A stretch of 64,000 nucleotides of DNA, from NCBI GenBank assembly GCA_033442325.1, contig JAWQFM010000007.1, positions 997,684 through 1,061,683 of the forward strand, read 5' to 3'. The notes beneath the pieces are model-generated. The model ran no database searches, was not told where the DNA came from, and saw only the letters and a list, made by a program, of their open reading frames with translations. Shown here in pieces: positions 21,378 through 33,513 of the stretch. The DNA comes from Salpingoeca rosetta (Eukaryota > Protista > Choanoflagellata). A program made the translations under genes and the position numbers. The number at the start of each line of letters is the position of its first letter. Position 1 is the first letter of the stretch.

Positions 21378-22531
21378 CATAAACGTAGGAAGACAGTTGA
21401 ATGTGCCATCGAGCAGCACAAAACAAACCCAAGACGCACACACGTGCACACTGTAGGGTGCCATGTGCCAAGTGCACAGAGGAGGGGCGGCTGTTGGCCA
21501 AACGGACCGTGAGGTCGTGGCGGAGGTCATCAAGAGCGCGCTTCTGCTCGGCGCGCAGCTCCTGCTGCTGCTGCGCCAACTCGCCCTCAAGCCGCGACAC
21601 TGCTGCTGCATGCTGGCGCCGCAGCGTCTGCTCACACGCACACACACACACATAAGACTTTGAGCGAACATCAGGAATGCATGGAGCTTCCAAACACACC
21701 AACACATACAACACCCTATGGCGCACACACACCACATCACACCCCCTTGCACCCCCGCCGTGTGCACACCTGGATTGCGCGGTCCTTGTCTGCAATGAGG
21801 TCGCGGCGCATGCGCTCGAGATCGGCGTCCTGCTGGTGCGTCAACTCAGACTGCAGCGACTCAAGCTCAGACACCTGCGGCACGGGGCAGCGGGCGGTGG
21901 CGGTGGTGGTGGGGATGGCGTACGCATGTGAGCAGGTGTGGACGGCAATCATTAAATGACAAGACACCTCAGCAATGAGGTTGCAGGAACAGACCAAAGA
22001 GAGAGAAAGAGAGTCGAGCGCGCAAACAAGGCACAGAGGAGAGGGGATGCACAGTGCACACGCGAGCAAAGAAAAGACAAAAACAAGAGCAAAGAACAAA
22101 GAAGGAAACACAAAAGGAAAAAAAAAAAAAGAAAGAAAGAAACAAGACAGGGCAAAACGGACATGAAGACGCACCCAACAAACCACAAGTAAACACACAC
22201 GCATGCACACATCATCAACATCAACAACAACAACAACATCTCCCTCTGCCCCCACGCCGTCAAGTCGCACCTTCTCGTGGTTTGCCTGTGCGAGGAGAGC
22301 GTGGCGCTGCTCGGCAAGCTTGCGGTCGACAATGTCGGCGTAGCGCGAGTCGAGTTCCTGTCGCAAATCGTCCAGCTCCCGCAACTTCTCCGCGCGCATC
22401 GCAGACTCCAGCCGCTGCAGCGCATTCGCCCTGGGGCCGTCGCACAGGACAGCGGAGGTTCGTGTGGTGCGGAGTGATGGCAGTGTGTGTGACGTAGTGA
22501 TGGTGGTGATGTGTGTGTGTGCGTGTGTGTA

Positions 22532-22579
<48 letters not shown>

Positions 22580-22652
22580 TGTGGGTGAGAGAGAGAGAGA
22601 GTGTGTGTGTGTGTGTGTGTGCGTGCGTGTGTGCGTGCGTGCGTGGGTGGGT

Positions 22653-22691
<39 letters not shown>

Positions 22692-22837
22692 TGTGTGTGT
22701 CAACTACCGTCTGATCGGGNNNNNNNNNNNNNNNNNNNNNNNNNNNNNNNNNNNNNNNNNNNNNNNNNNNNNNNNNNNNNNNNNNNNNNNNNNNNNNNNN
22801 NNNNNNNNNNNNNNNNNNNGTGTGTGGTGGTGGTGTG

Positions 22838-22892
<55 letters not shown>

Positions 22893-24923
22893 GGTCAGAG
22901 GGGAAGAAAGCGTGCACGAAGTGATGTCATCGAAAACACCAGGAGCTCTCACAAAGGCGCGCACACACGCACGCGCCCACAGACAGACAGGTCCGCAAAG
23001 CGCCGCTGCGACCAGTACACACCGTGACTCGTCGCCCTGCGCTGTGAGTCTGCGGCGCTGTTCGCTGAGTGCAGACTGCATGCGCTCCTCAGACTCCCGC
23101 CGCAGCCGCTGCAGCTCCTCCTCAAGGTTGCGCACCTGCGCACACACACACACACACGCACACACAACAGATACACATTTATGCAGGCGCGACGCACAAC
23201 ACGCGCGCATACACGCACGCATACACGCACACGCACGCACACGCACATACACACACACGCACACACGTGTGGAAGGGAATGCTGTGAGCATCTCTTTCGT
23301 CTGCAGCGCACGGTGTGCGAGTGTCACGCATGACCATGTCCTCATGTTGGTGCAAACGGTGTTCTAGTCACTCACGTGCTCGCTGAGCTTGAGAACCGTC
23401 TCTGAGCTCTCGCCAAGCTGCTCCTTCAGTGTTGAAACCTAAACAGGCGCCAAACATGCAATATGGGAGTATCATGAGACCACATGGCGCAGCATGTAGC
23501 ACATACAGCTGCTTCATCAGCACAACCGACACCACATGCTCAACGTGCGGATATGTTCTCACAAACACCCACACGCTTGCTCAACAATCCAACCCCCCCC
23601 CCTTCGCACAACCAGGCACACACAACGCACACGCACGCACACGCGCACATACACAACTTACACAACTTACACAACACAAATTCCTCCCTCCCTCCCTCCC
23701 GCACACACGCACACACGCACCTGCAGCTCGAGGTGTCTCCGGCCAGAGGATTTCTCTGTGGCGCTCTCCTCCAACATACGCACGCGCGAGTGCAGCCCGT
23801 CCAGCTCAACGGCCATCTGCGACTTGATGCTGGCAATCCGCTCAAGGTCGCGCTGGCACACGCTCGCCATATCGTGGCCGAGCGCTCCGTTGCTCTCAAC
23901 CTGATGCCAGCCGGGCACAACAAAGGTGAGTACGTGTATTTGGGGGGGGGGGGTGTGCACGCACAGAGGGGTGAATGGTGGGAGTGGGCGCGAGCGATGT
24001 GACACATGTTCAAACAAAAATGCACGCGCGGTTGCACAGGGATGGACACAGCACAATCACAAACAAGGCTGGTAGGAGCGCGGGAGGTTATGTGGGTGAG
24101 CAAAATGTGGCATGACAATATGACATGCGTGATCCCCCGGTCGAAGTGCTGGTGGTGATTTGTGTGAAAGCAGCAGTTCCGTGCGCTTTTCCGCTTCAGC
24201 TTGCAGCATCCATCAACGCACCTTGGCCAGCTCTTGGGCGGCTTTCCTGAGCTGGTAGCGGAGCTCGTCGCGTTCAGCAAGCACGGCGCGCACCCCGAGT
24301 GGGCTCATGTGTTGTGCTGCTTTGAGGGATGCGAGCTTGCTCTTGCCGTGTGTCCATGCCTCTGCTTCGGCGCGTGCGCGCGCCATGACTGCCTCGGAGT
24401 CCAGGCTCTCGCGAGCGGCGCGAATGGCGCGGTTGGTCTCGTCTGCCTTTGCCATGCGCTCCCGCACGGTCGACGTCATTTGCTCGAGCAGCCGCAGCGC
24501 ATCGCTGCGATGCGCCGACGAGGGCTCGGGCGCGGTGGCGCCTTTGCTGGTGATAAACGTGCTGGTGTATTCTCCAGCTGCCATGTCCCGCTTACCGCCA
24601 CCAACACTGCCATGACTGCTGCCGCGGCCCTCTTCCCATGCACGCCGGGTTGTGCCGTATGCATCGCTGTCCAAGCGGGAGTCGCTGGCCAGTGTGCTTC
24701 GGCCGCCTCGGCCCGATGTGGAGGAGAAAGACGACGCAGACCCGCCACGCCTGCTACCTGCAGGCTCGCTCCAGTGGCGCTGGTAGGCAGAGGACGGTGA
24801 GTGGGCCGTGGATGCGGTGCCCTTGCCACGAGCGGCGCCTTGGCGCGTGGATGCGTGAAACGCAGACAGATCGGGATCCATGCCCGTTGGTCGCACACGC
24901 GACCGAAAACTGCTACGCGACAT
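17872..24923 (-). CDS. Long multi-exon coiled-coil protein, function unknown
   Basis: Many GT-AG-flanked exons with heptad-rich E/Q/K/R/L sequence, e.g. [68 protein letters not shown]...RQRASA* (TGA 17872-17874). Probable ATG at 24923 ([10 protein letters not shown]). It spans the gap at 22720-22819. Confidence 0.75.
18982..19110 (+). repeat. Intronic 14-bp minisatellite (GAGATGGTGTGTGT)n
   Basis: Directly visible tandem copies that degenerate toward the right end. Confidence 0.9.
22720..22819. other. Assembly gap (100 N)
   Basis: N run. Confidence 1.
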
Positions 24924-25306
24924 GTGTGAAACGAAACAAAGACGGAAGAAGAGGGAGGAAATAGACAAGAGACAAGAGACACAAACAAGAGGGGGCAGCA
25001 CTCACGACGATGAAAGAAACAGTGGAGGAGACGAAGAGGTGTGTGTGTGTGTGTGCCTTGGGTGCGGAGCGCAGCAATAACTGTCAACCCACAACAACAA
25101 CAACAAGCAAAGAAGGCCAAGCAAGCAACAACGGCCAACCAGCCAGCTCTGAACGGCGCGTCAGTGAGCAGTGTGGAAAAATAATTGAAATTATCCATCA
25201 AAATTCAGCAGCTGTGTTTGGCTTCGTGTGTGCGTGGTGTGTGTCGCGAGTGTGTGTGCGCGGTGTGTGTTGCTTTCCATCCAGACTCCCATCCAAGCAA
25301 GCAAGC

Positions 25307-25394
25307 ATGTCGGACGACGCGTGGACGTGCACCGTGTGCACATTGCAGAACCCAACGAGAGTTGTTCGGTGTCAAGGTGCATACAATTCTAATC

Positions 25395-25437
<43 letters not shown>

Positions 25438-25443
25438 GCGTGT

Positions 25444-25474
<31 letters not shown>

Positions 25475-25484
25475 CGTGTGCGTG

Positions 25485-25516
<32 letters not shown>

Positions 25517-25526
25517 CGTGTGCGTG

Positions 25527-25577
<51 letters not shown>

Positions 25578-26267
25578 GTGTGTGCGTGTATGTGTGTATG
25601 TGTGTGTGCGTGTATGTGTGTATGTGTGTGTGTGTTTGCAGTGTGCAGTGTGTGCAGTGTGTGTTTGTGTAGGTTACGTGCGTGAGAAGCTGTGTTTGCG
25701 CGCGAGAAGCTGTGTTTGCGCGCGTGAGAAGCTGTGTCATTTGTATGAATGGCCACACAAGCCATCTGCAAGGACGAAGCTATGAGTTTGCGCGTGCGGG
25801 TGTGAACATAGGCTTCATGCCATGCACCTAAGTTCTTTCCCTTGTGCCACCTCTCCCGCTCCACAACCCCTTCTCTTTTCTTTTCTTTCCTTTGCTTTTC
25901 TTTTTCTCCTTTCTTTGTTTGCCCCCGCATGTACACTCACACGAGTGCACTCACGTTTACACGCGCGCCGCCCTGATCTTCGTCGTGTCGGCCCCTCCTC
26001 TGTCTTTGCTTTTGTTGACTGTGACAGCATGCCTTGCCATTCGAGGATCTTCGCGCCGCCACACCTCGGCAACTGTCGATCGGCTTCGTCTCGAAGAAGA
26101 ACAGATGGTTTGTCAAGTGTGACTGTGTGTGCTTGCCATGTCCTTGACCTCTGCGCACACATTCACACATGCATGTGGTTGCACCCCTTGTGTGCTTGTG
26201 TGAATGTGCGTGCGTGTGTGTGTGTGTGTGTGAATGTGCGTGCGTGTGTGTGTGTGTGTGTGCGTGC

Positions 26268-26346
<79 letters not shown>

Positions 26347-27868
26347 GAGGGGGACGTGTTGTGTGATGTGTAAGAGCATGACTTGGCCGTGGTTCTTTCT
26401 CCCTTTGTTTGTTTGATGGCCTTGCTTTGCCTGTGTCAATGAAAGCCCTCACCTTTGTTTGCTCCCTGTGCGCGTGTCGACGCACTGCAGGCTGCCATGG
26501 TGAGGCTGCAACACGAGCCAGACGGTGCAAAGAAGAAGAAGCAGAAGAAGATGGCGGGCAGCCAGGAGACCAGCCCATCAACGGCACCGTCAAAGAAGAA
26601 AACAAAGTTGAAGAAGAACAAGACGAAGAAGAAGCAGCCACAACAACAACCCACAGCGAGCACCAAGACACCACAGCCACCCAAGAGCAAAGCGTCGCCC
26701 ATCACCATAGCCACACTGTCCCTGATGCAGGAACTGCCGGTCAGGACCACCTTCAGCCCTGACATGGTCCCGCACGTGAATGGTGTCGCGGGGAAGTACA
26801 ACGAGGAACACAGGTGCGCTCATGCTTTGGCGCCTGGTGACCGATGCGTGGATGATGGGGAAGGGGGGTGATGAATGGGTGGTGGCAAAGAGGGAGGGGT
26901 GGATGGATGAGTGATGGATGGGTGATGTGTGTTGATACCCATGTGTTGTGGTTGTCCAGCAGCCCCTTGTTGCTCCCTCAATGATGTCGTGTGCACGTGG
27001 TAGTGTGCTGCCTGCTCGCTGCGTTGCCAGCCCACGACTTCGTCCCATGCACGTATGCGCCCTTGCTCGTACCTCAAACGTGTGGTGTTTCCCTACACGT
27101 GCGCAGGTGCTACAACGTCATTGTTCCAGACACCACGTTCACGATATTTCAGTTCTTCTGCCACGAGAAGGTTGGTTGGTTACTTGTCGCTTTAACGACG
27201 ACACGGTGCCCGTCTCACGAGCTGGACCTGCCCCACTCGAATAGACACGTGGCACTCACACACTCACTCACTCACTCGCACACACACATACACTCACCCA
27301 CACACACACGCACCCACACACTCACTCACTCACTCACTCACTCACTCACTCACTCACTCACTCACTCACTCACTCACTCACTCACTCACTCACTCACTCA
27401 CTCACACACACACTCGCTCACTCACTCACTCATTCACTCACATTGCGCACACTCACGTTCCACCAGCCGACGCGGCAACGGTTTGCACGCCTGAGCGATG
27501 CGCACGTGCGCGAGGTGCAGTCATTTTTGGCAAAGGAGGCAAAGGAGCAAGCACAGCAGCAACAACAACACGAGCAACAGCAGCAGCAACAACAGCAGCA
27601 GTGGGAGGAGAAAGGTGCCGAGGCACACGGTGGAGTGGCAGACACGAGCCAGGCGAACGACAATGACGATGACGATGATGAGCATGATGGTGATGGTGAT
27701 GGTGGTGCAAGACGGCACGGTGTTGGTGATGAAGCAGGGGCACACAGGGAACATGGAAGGAGGGGTGAACAGATGGAAGAAGAGGAAGAAGAAGAAGAAG
27801 AGGAGGAGGAGGAGGAGGATGAGGAGGAGGATGTGCTTGTGCGTGAGACACACCGCGTGGATATCTGA
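25307..27868 (+). CDS. RanBP2/NZF zinc-finger protein, RYBP/YAF2-like
   Basis: Spliced exons 25307-25377, ~26028-26108, 26491-26813, 27108-27170 and 27467-27868. They give MSDDAWTCTVCTLQNPTRVVRCQACLAIRGSS (W-x-C-x2-C-x3-N-x6-C-x2-C), a Lys-rich linker, CYNVIVPDTTFTIFQFFCHEK and an acidic tail. Confidence 0.7.
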
Positions 27869-28116
27869 TATGAGAGCGCCGTCTCGCTGTTCATATGCTG
27901 CCATCCTGCCTCGCTTCGCCTCGCTTTGCCTCGCTTGCGGGCATGCCCTTGTCCATATGAATAATAGAGGACCACAGAGAGACAGACAGACCGATCGAGA
28001 CAGAAGACCAAACACAACAACCAAAGCAAGCAAGGCGATCCCACAAGAAGGGAGGACCCCACATTCATGCGCAACCACTGCCCACAACAACAACAACAAC
28101 CAACAACCAGCAAACG

Positions 28117-30795
28117 ATGCGGGTTGTGGCAGGGGCTGTTCTTGTGCTGGTGTTGTGCGCGCTCTTGCCTTTCGTGCACGCACAGATCAGGCCACCTGCG
28201 CGACCCCACAACTACGACTGCGCACTGAAGCAGCTGGCATACAACCGGTCCCTCGCCCTGCTTGCTGGCTCGAGCAACGCCGACGCAGGCGCTTGGCCAC
28301 AGCTCATCCACGATGCGCTGTTTCTGGGCCAGTGCTCCGAAGCGGCAGCTGCTGCCGCGACCGCCTCCACGTCAACGGCACGGCGCACCTTTCGCGAGCG
28401 CGTACGGCAGGCACGAGCAACTCCGCCACCGGAGCAGCGCTGCATGACAGTCTTTGTGTCACCGAGTGGCGACGACACGCATGGCGATGGCTCTGCTGCG
28501 CACCCGTTTGCATCCCTGCAGCGAGCACTCGCAGTCACGGCGTCCATGCCCGCGCATGGCAGTGGATCTGCACCCTCGTCCCTGGAGATACTCATGCAGC
28601 CCGGGCACTACTTCGTGGCCAACACCGTCTACGTCGGTCCGCAGCCTCTTCCCGTGACCATCCGCGCCGCCGACCCTGTGCGCAGACCCATCATATCGGG
28701 CGGCATGCGCCTGACAAACCTCACCTTCACAGCAGCGGGTGACCCTTCGCTGCCACCCACCACGCTGGTGACAACCCTGCCGCCACAGGTGGACCTCAGC
28801 AATGCCGCCAAAGGGCTGAGTGTCTTCGTGGACCACGAAGCGTACGTTGCCGCGCGGTGGCCAAACGCCAACCCGGTGTATGACCTGTGGCCAGCTGGCT
28901 ACGTGGACGGGCCCATCGAGTATGCACCTGCGCACCACCCTGGCCCGCACGAGATCCCCGTCAGCGTGCAGGCGGCGACGCTGCCTTTCCCTTCCGTGTA
29001 TCAGACGTATGAGCACACACTTGTCGACCCGCGCCAGTGGCACGTGGGCCGCGGCGTTGGCGGCGCCACCTTGCCGCCATCGGCCACACCCCCGGCCAAC
29101 CTCACCGGTGGCATTGCAGTCAACTGGGACGGCAACAACCATCCAGGCTACCGCGACCAGTGGATGAACTACGGCTACTTCATCACCAAGCAGAGCGACC
29201 CCAATACCAAAGCCAGTGCAGAACAGGCAACACCTTCCTCCGACCCCGACTCGCCTTCCTCTTCATCCTCTTCACTTCGCTCTTCTTCTTCTGTTTCTTC
29301 TTCTTCTTCCTCCTCCTCTCCTACTTCTTCTTCTTCTTCTTCTTCTTCTTCACCTTCCTCTTCATCAGCAACGCTGACAAGCACGTCAAAGGGCCGACCA
29401 GCGAGCGGCGGCCACACGCTCACCTTCGGTGCCGGTGGCTGGCAGGGCACCAACCCGGACTCTGGCGACAAGTACCGGCAGCTGTATGTGTACAACGCGC
29501 GCGGTGCGCTGGATGCCCCTGGCGAGTACTGGATTGATGCGTCCGCGCGGCAGCTGTTCCTCATCCCCAACAACACGGCCATCAACACCACGACCACCAT
29601 CACCATCGCCCAGCAGGCAACGGTGCTTTCTGTGTCCGGCACTGCGCGCAGACCCGTGCGCAACCTCACCTTGCGCGACCTCGTGTTCACGGCCACGCGA
29701 CCCACGTTCATGGAGGAGTACGAGCAGCCCTACTCCAACACGGCCGGGTGGTCGTTTGCCCGCCACGCCGCTGTGGAGATGGAGGGTGTGGAAGACAGCG
29801 CCGTGGTTGCCTGCTCCTTCCGCTGGCTCGGCGGCAATGGGCTGCTTCTGTCTGGCCGCGCCAACAACGTCTCTGTGCTCGACTCGGAGTTTGCGTTCCT
29901 TGGCGACTCGGCCATCCTTGCGCTTGGCCGCCCCCGCCTTGCGGCCGGCGTGTGGCCAGACTTCCCCAACGCAACCACCGTGCAGCGCTGCCTCTTCCAC
30001 GACCTTGGGCTGGTTGGAAAGCAGGTCGCAGCATACTCGCAGTACATGGCGGCGCACACCACGCTGGCGCGCAACGTGGCATTCAACCTGCCGCGGGCGG
30101 CCGTGAACTGGGGCGACGGCTTTCGCGGCGGCAACGTGCTCACGGCGTCCGTGTTCTTTGCGTGTGTGCGGGAGAGCGCGGACCACGGCGCCTTCAACTC
30201 GTGGGCACGTGAGCCCATGCTGTACGTGGACGAGGCGAGCGGCGGCAACGTGGCGGTGGTGCCCAGGACAAACACCATCTCCAAGATGCTCATTCTTGGC
30301 GCAGGTGGGACGCTGTCGAACCTGGACCACGACGACGGCAGCCTGCTCTACAACGACACGGACAACGTGCTCGCATATGCGCCCGCCAAGAGCTATCTCG
30401 GGTCGCAGAAGACAGCCACGCGCTCGCTGTTTCTGTTCCCGGACCTGGCGGTGATGCAGCACACGTGCTACATGTCAGACGGCGCGTTCAACTCCACCTT
30501 TGGCGAGCAATACACGCACAACACGTGCATGCTCTTCAATGCCACAACCGCGCCCGTGGCCTCTATGCCCGTGTGCAATCAGACGGCGCTGTCCGCGTGC
30601 ACCGCGTCCAACAACAATCGCTACTTTGTGTCCACGGATGCCTCTCACCCGACCCCCGTGTGGCGTGTGGGCCATGAGGCGTTGCACCTCCCAGGGATGC
30701 AAAAGCTTGGGCTTGAGCACAACTCAACCGTGGTCTCCGGCTTTCCTTCGCCGAGTGAGGTTGTTGCCATGGCCAAGGCTGTTCTTGACATGTAA
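28117..30795 (+). CDS. Secreted right-handed parallel beta-helix protein (pectin-lyase fold, GH141-like), 892 aa, intronless
   Basis: Hydrophobic signal peptide MRVVAGAVLVLVLCALLPFVHA. Motifs VFVSPSGDDTHGDGSAAHPFASLQRAL, PGHYF, ISGG, ARWPN, LDAPGEYWID, RESADHGAFNSW and LDHDDGS. Repeated beta-helix rungs and many N-x-S/T sites. Confidence 0.8.
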   Translation: MRVVAGAVLVLVLCALLPFVHAQIRPPARPHNYDCALKQLAYNRSLALLAGSSNADAGAWPQLIHDALFLGQCSEAAAAAATASTSTARRTFRERVRQARATPPPEQRCMTVFVSPSGDDTHGDGSAAHPFASLQRALAVTASMPAHGSGSAPSSLEILMQPGHYFVANTVYVGPQPLPVTIRAADPVRRPIISGGMRLTNLTFTAAGDPSLPPTTLVTTLPPQVDLSNAAKGLSVFVDHEAYVAARWPNANPVYDLWPAGYVDGPIEYAPAHHPGPHEIPVSVQAATLPFPSVYQTYEHTLVDPRQWHVGRGVGGATLPPSATPPANLTGGIAVNWDGNNHPGYRDQWMNYGYFITKQSDPNTKASAEQATPSSDPDSPSSSSSSLRSSSSVSSSSSSSSPTSSSSSSSSSPSSSSATLTSTSKGRPASGGHTLTFGAGGWQGTNPDSGDKYRQLYVYNARGALDAPGEYWIDASARQLFLIPNNTAINTTTTITIAQQATVLSVSGTARRPVRNLTLRDLVFTATRPTFMEEYEQPYSNTAGWSFARHAAVEMEGVEDSAVVACSFRWLGGNGLLLSGRANNVSVLDSEFAFLGDSAILALGRPRLAAGVWPDFPNATTVQRCLFHDLGLVGKQVAAYSQYMAAHTTLARNVAFNLPRAAVNWGDGFRGGNVLTASVFFACVRESADHGAFNSWAREPMLYVDEASGGNVAVVPRTNTISKMLILGAGGTLSNLDHDDGSLLYNDTDNVLAYAPAKSYLGSQKTATRSLFLFPDLAVMQHTCYMSDGAFNSTFGEQYTHNTCMLFNATTAPVASMPVCNQTALSACTASNNNRYFVSTDASHPTPVWRVGHEALHLPGMQKLGLEHNSTVVSGFPSPSEVVAMAKAVLDM

Positions 30796-30949
30796 TCACA
30801 TGGCCTTTGGAGACGGGGGAAGGGGAAGGGGGCTTGTGTGTGAAGAGAGCAAGGAATGTCTTGTCTGTCTGTAGGTCTGTCTCTGTGCGTTTCTGTGTGT
30901 TTGTGTGTCAGTCTGTCTGCGTGTGTCTGCGTGTCTGTGTGTGTGTGTG

Positions 30950-31000
<51 letters not shown>

Positions 31001-31850
31001 GTTCCAGTAACATTCCTGCCTCCCTCAACCCTTTGCTAGCTATCTCCCATCTGTCTTGTTGTTCTCCCTTTTCGACAGTTACACGCCCTGCCCCAACACG
31101 TTGTTACTTACTTCCATCGTATAAACAACCCAGAGCGCCAGATGTGCAGTTACGGATGGTTTACTCGACAGCAATGCCCACACGCACGCTCAAAGAGAAG
31201 CAGAACAGGCCAGACACTCGAATGGCCTCAACAAACAAGCGCGAGCACAAACACGCACGCACACACATGAGCGGTCGGTCGAGCAACAACGGAAGCACTA
31301 CAGTCGACAGTCGACACAAACACGCGCCCGCACACAAGCACACGCACACATGGGACGAAAGAAAGCGTTATCAAGAGGGTGCATCAGCACCGATTAGTGG
31401 GCACATGCGAAGCACTGGATTCATGGCGGGAACAGCAGAGTGCCATGTGCGCCTACTCCAGTCCAACGAACAGAGAAGGAAGGGGGGCATGGATGCAGGA
31501 GGGCGATGTCGGCAAGGTTGTGCGCCTCCCTGTGCAAAGATGTGCGCAGTGCGAGTGTGTATGAGGAGGGGTGAGCTCAAGAACCCAACCGAGAGTAAAC
31601 GGAGCGTGCGTGAAAAGATACTGTGTGGGCAATTGCGCGCGCGTGATGTTGGGTGCGTGCGTGCATGTTTGACATGGGTTTGGACGTTTGGTGTCTGGTG
31701 GTGCAGGGAGGGGTATGTGGATATCGCCAAGGCAGTGGGCCACGGACCGTGCGTGCGCACGAACATGCATCCACGCACGACACTGTGGTGCGCGCCTTGC
31801 ACCGCTACCACAACAACGCCCGTATAAACACGCACAAGTGCGCACGCACA

Positions 31851-31959
<109 letters not shown>

Positions 31960-32006
31960 GTACGTACACGGAAACATACGCAACGTGACGCACCTTGTTG
32001 GTGAGC

Positions 32007-32246
32007 TTACAAGCGGTGGCCACCGCGCAGGGCGAGGACGAGGTGAATGGTGCAGCCACTCTCAATCTTGCAATCCTTGAGAGTTTTGCTGTCGTTCAAC
32101 GGCTTTCCGGCATAGATGAGGCGCTGTTGCTCTGGGGGAATGCCTTGCTTCTCTTCCAGCTTCTCCTTCACTTGGAGCATGGTGTCGTCTGGCTCCACGT
32201 CCAGCTCAATCTCTCGCCCCGTCAGCGTCTTCACCTTGATCTGCAT
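32007..32246 (-). CDS. NEDD8: NEDD8/Rub1 ubiquitin-like protein
   Basis: [19 protein letters not shown]...[18 protein letters not shown]...[12 protein letters not shown]. Ala72 (LALRGG, not LRLRGG), Lys4 and the Glu31-Glu32 pair are NEDD8-type. A short C-terminal extension follows GG. Confidence 0.92.
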   Translation of the reverse strand: MQIKVKTLTGREIELDVEPDDTMLQVKEKLEEKQGIPPEQQRLIYAGKPLNDSKTLKDCKIESGCTIHLVLALRGGHRL

Positions 32247-32725
32247 GGTGGTGGTGTGGTGGTGTGGTGTAGCTGTCGTCGGTTGCGGCGGTTGTCTGCT
32301 GTTTGGCTGGCAGTGGAAAAACTAAATTGTGGTGTCGTTTATGCGGCCCGCCCTGCACGTACAAACCTGCCGCTGGTCGCTCTTCTCCTCTTCTCCGGGT
32401 CCTCAGCTCTTCAAGTCTTAAAGTCTTCAGCTCTTTCTCTTCAGCTCCCACCGCCACCTGTTTGCTTGCCTGCAGGCCTCTCGACTCGACTGCACCCAGC
32501 CCTTCTTCAGTGTATTTCTTCAAGTGCCCAGCACCGCAGACCACAACAACAAGAGAACAAGACAACAACAGCTTCAACTGCGACAAAGCTACAAAGAGAC
32601 GAAAGAGACGAAAGAGGAAGATCTAAGATCGAAGGTCTTAAGATCGCAACAAGTACAACAAACCAGCACTCCTCCTCATGTCTCTGAACTTCAACACAGC
32701 CCAAGTGCGGACGCCATCGCGCACG

Positions 32726-33480
32726 TCACTCACTGTCGCCATCGGTGGCGTTATGCCCCTCGTCCCCGCCATCACTGCTTGTGGTAGAGTCATCAGAATC
32801 AAAGAAGAGGTTGTCAATGAGGGCTTGTTGTTGTTGCTGCCGTTGGCGAGCTGACATTGCCGGTTGCTGTTGTTGCTGCTTTTTCTTTTTGTTTGCGCTG
32901 GTCAGCTTGGCCCGCGTTCGCTTCTTGGTCTTCCTTGCGCGCCTCTGTTGTTGCTGCTTCGGCTCTGCAAACAACTGCCGAGCCGCCGCCGCCGCCTCTG
33001 GCGCTTGCACGAGCTCAGGTGAGCCATCAGGCAGAGGAACCCGCTGCTTCTGTGTGCTGGTTGTGCGCTGCTGTTGCTGCTGCTGCCCTTGTAGCTGCTT
33101 GTTCTGCTTCTCAACCAAGATGGCAAGTTGCTGTTGTTGCTGGAGCACGCGTTGCACCGTGTCCACGACGGCGAGGATGTTCTCGCGCTGGGCATCAAGC
33201 TGCCGGGATAACAGCCCCACGCTCTGCTGCAGCTGCTTCGTCTCCTCGGACAGCTTCTGCAGCTCAGAACACGTCGCCATTTGCTCAGATCCTACACCGT
33301 GGTCGTGGTTGGTGGCATCGTTGCGGAAGCAGGAAGGAACAGTCATAGACCAGGTGGAACAGATGTGAGGTGAGGTGAGCGTACGTCAAGTTGTGGATGT
33401 ATCGCGGTGGGGCATGATCAAGCCCTTGCAGCTTCACAACGGGCTCTGGTCACACTCACGCCCAACACGCACGCACGCCC

Positions 33481-33513
<33 letters not shown>

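Noticed and set aside
25680-25737. Short direct repeats (GAGAAGCTGTGTTTGCGC x3; similar units at 12310-12372, 21007-21050 and 40619-40665) as CRISPR-like arrays
   Set aside because: Head-to-tail tandem units without unique spacers, inside eukaryotic introns, with no cas genes.
26491-26762. Alternative frame completing the zinc finger directly (CQGCHG...HLQP*)
   Set aside because: It stops early and orphans the downstream exons. The model using the ~26028-26108 exon keeps all exons in frame. A minor isoform cannot be excluded.
30856-31827. 323-aa ORF between the beta-helix gene and NEDD8
   Set aside because: It starts in a microsatellite and has no motifs or codon bias. Likely UTR or intergenic.
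32007-32246. Ubiquitin
   Set aside because: Too divergent from ubiquitin, and it has NEDD8-type Ala72 (LALRGG).
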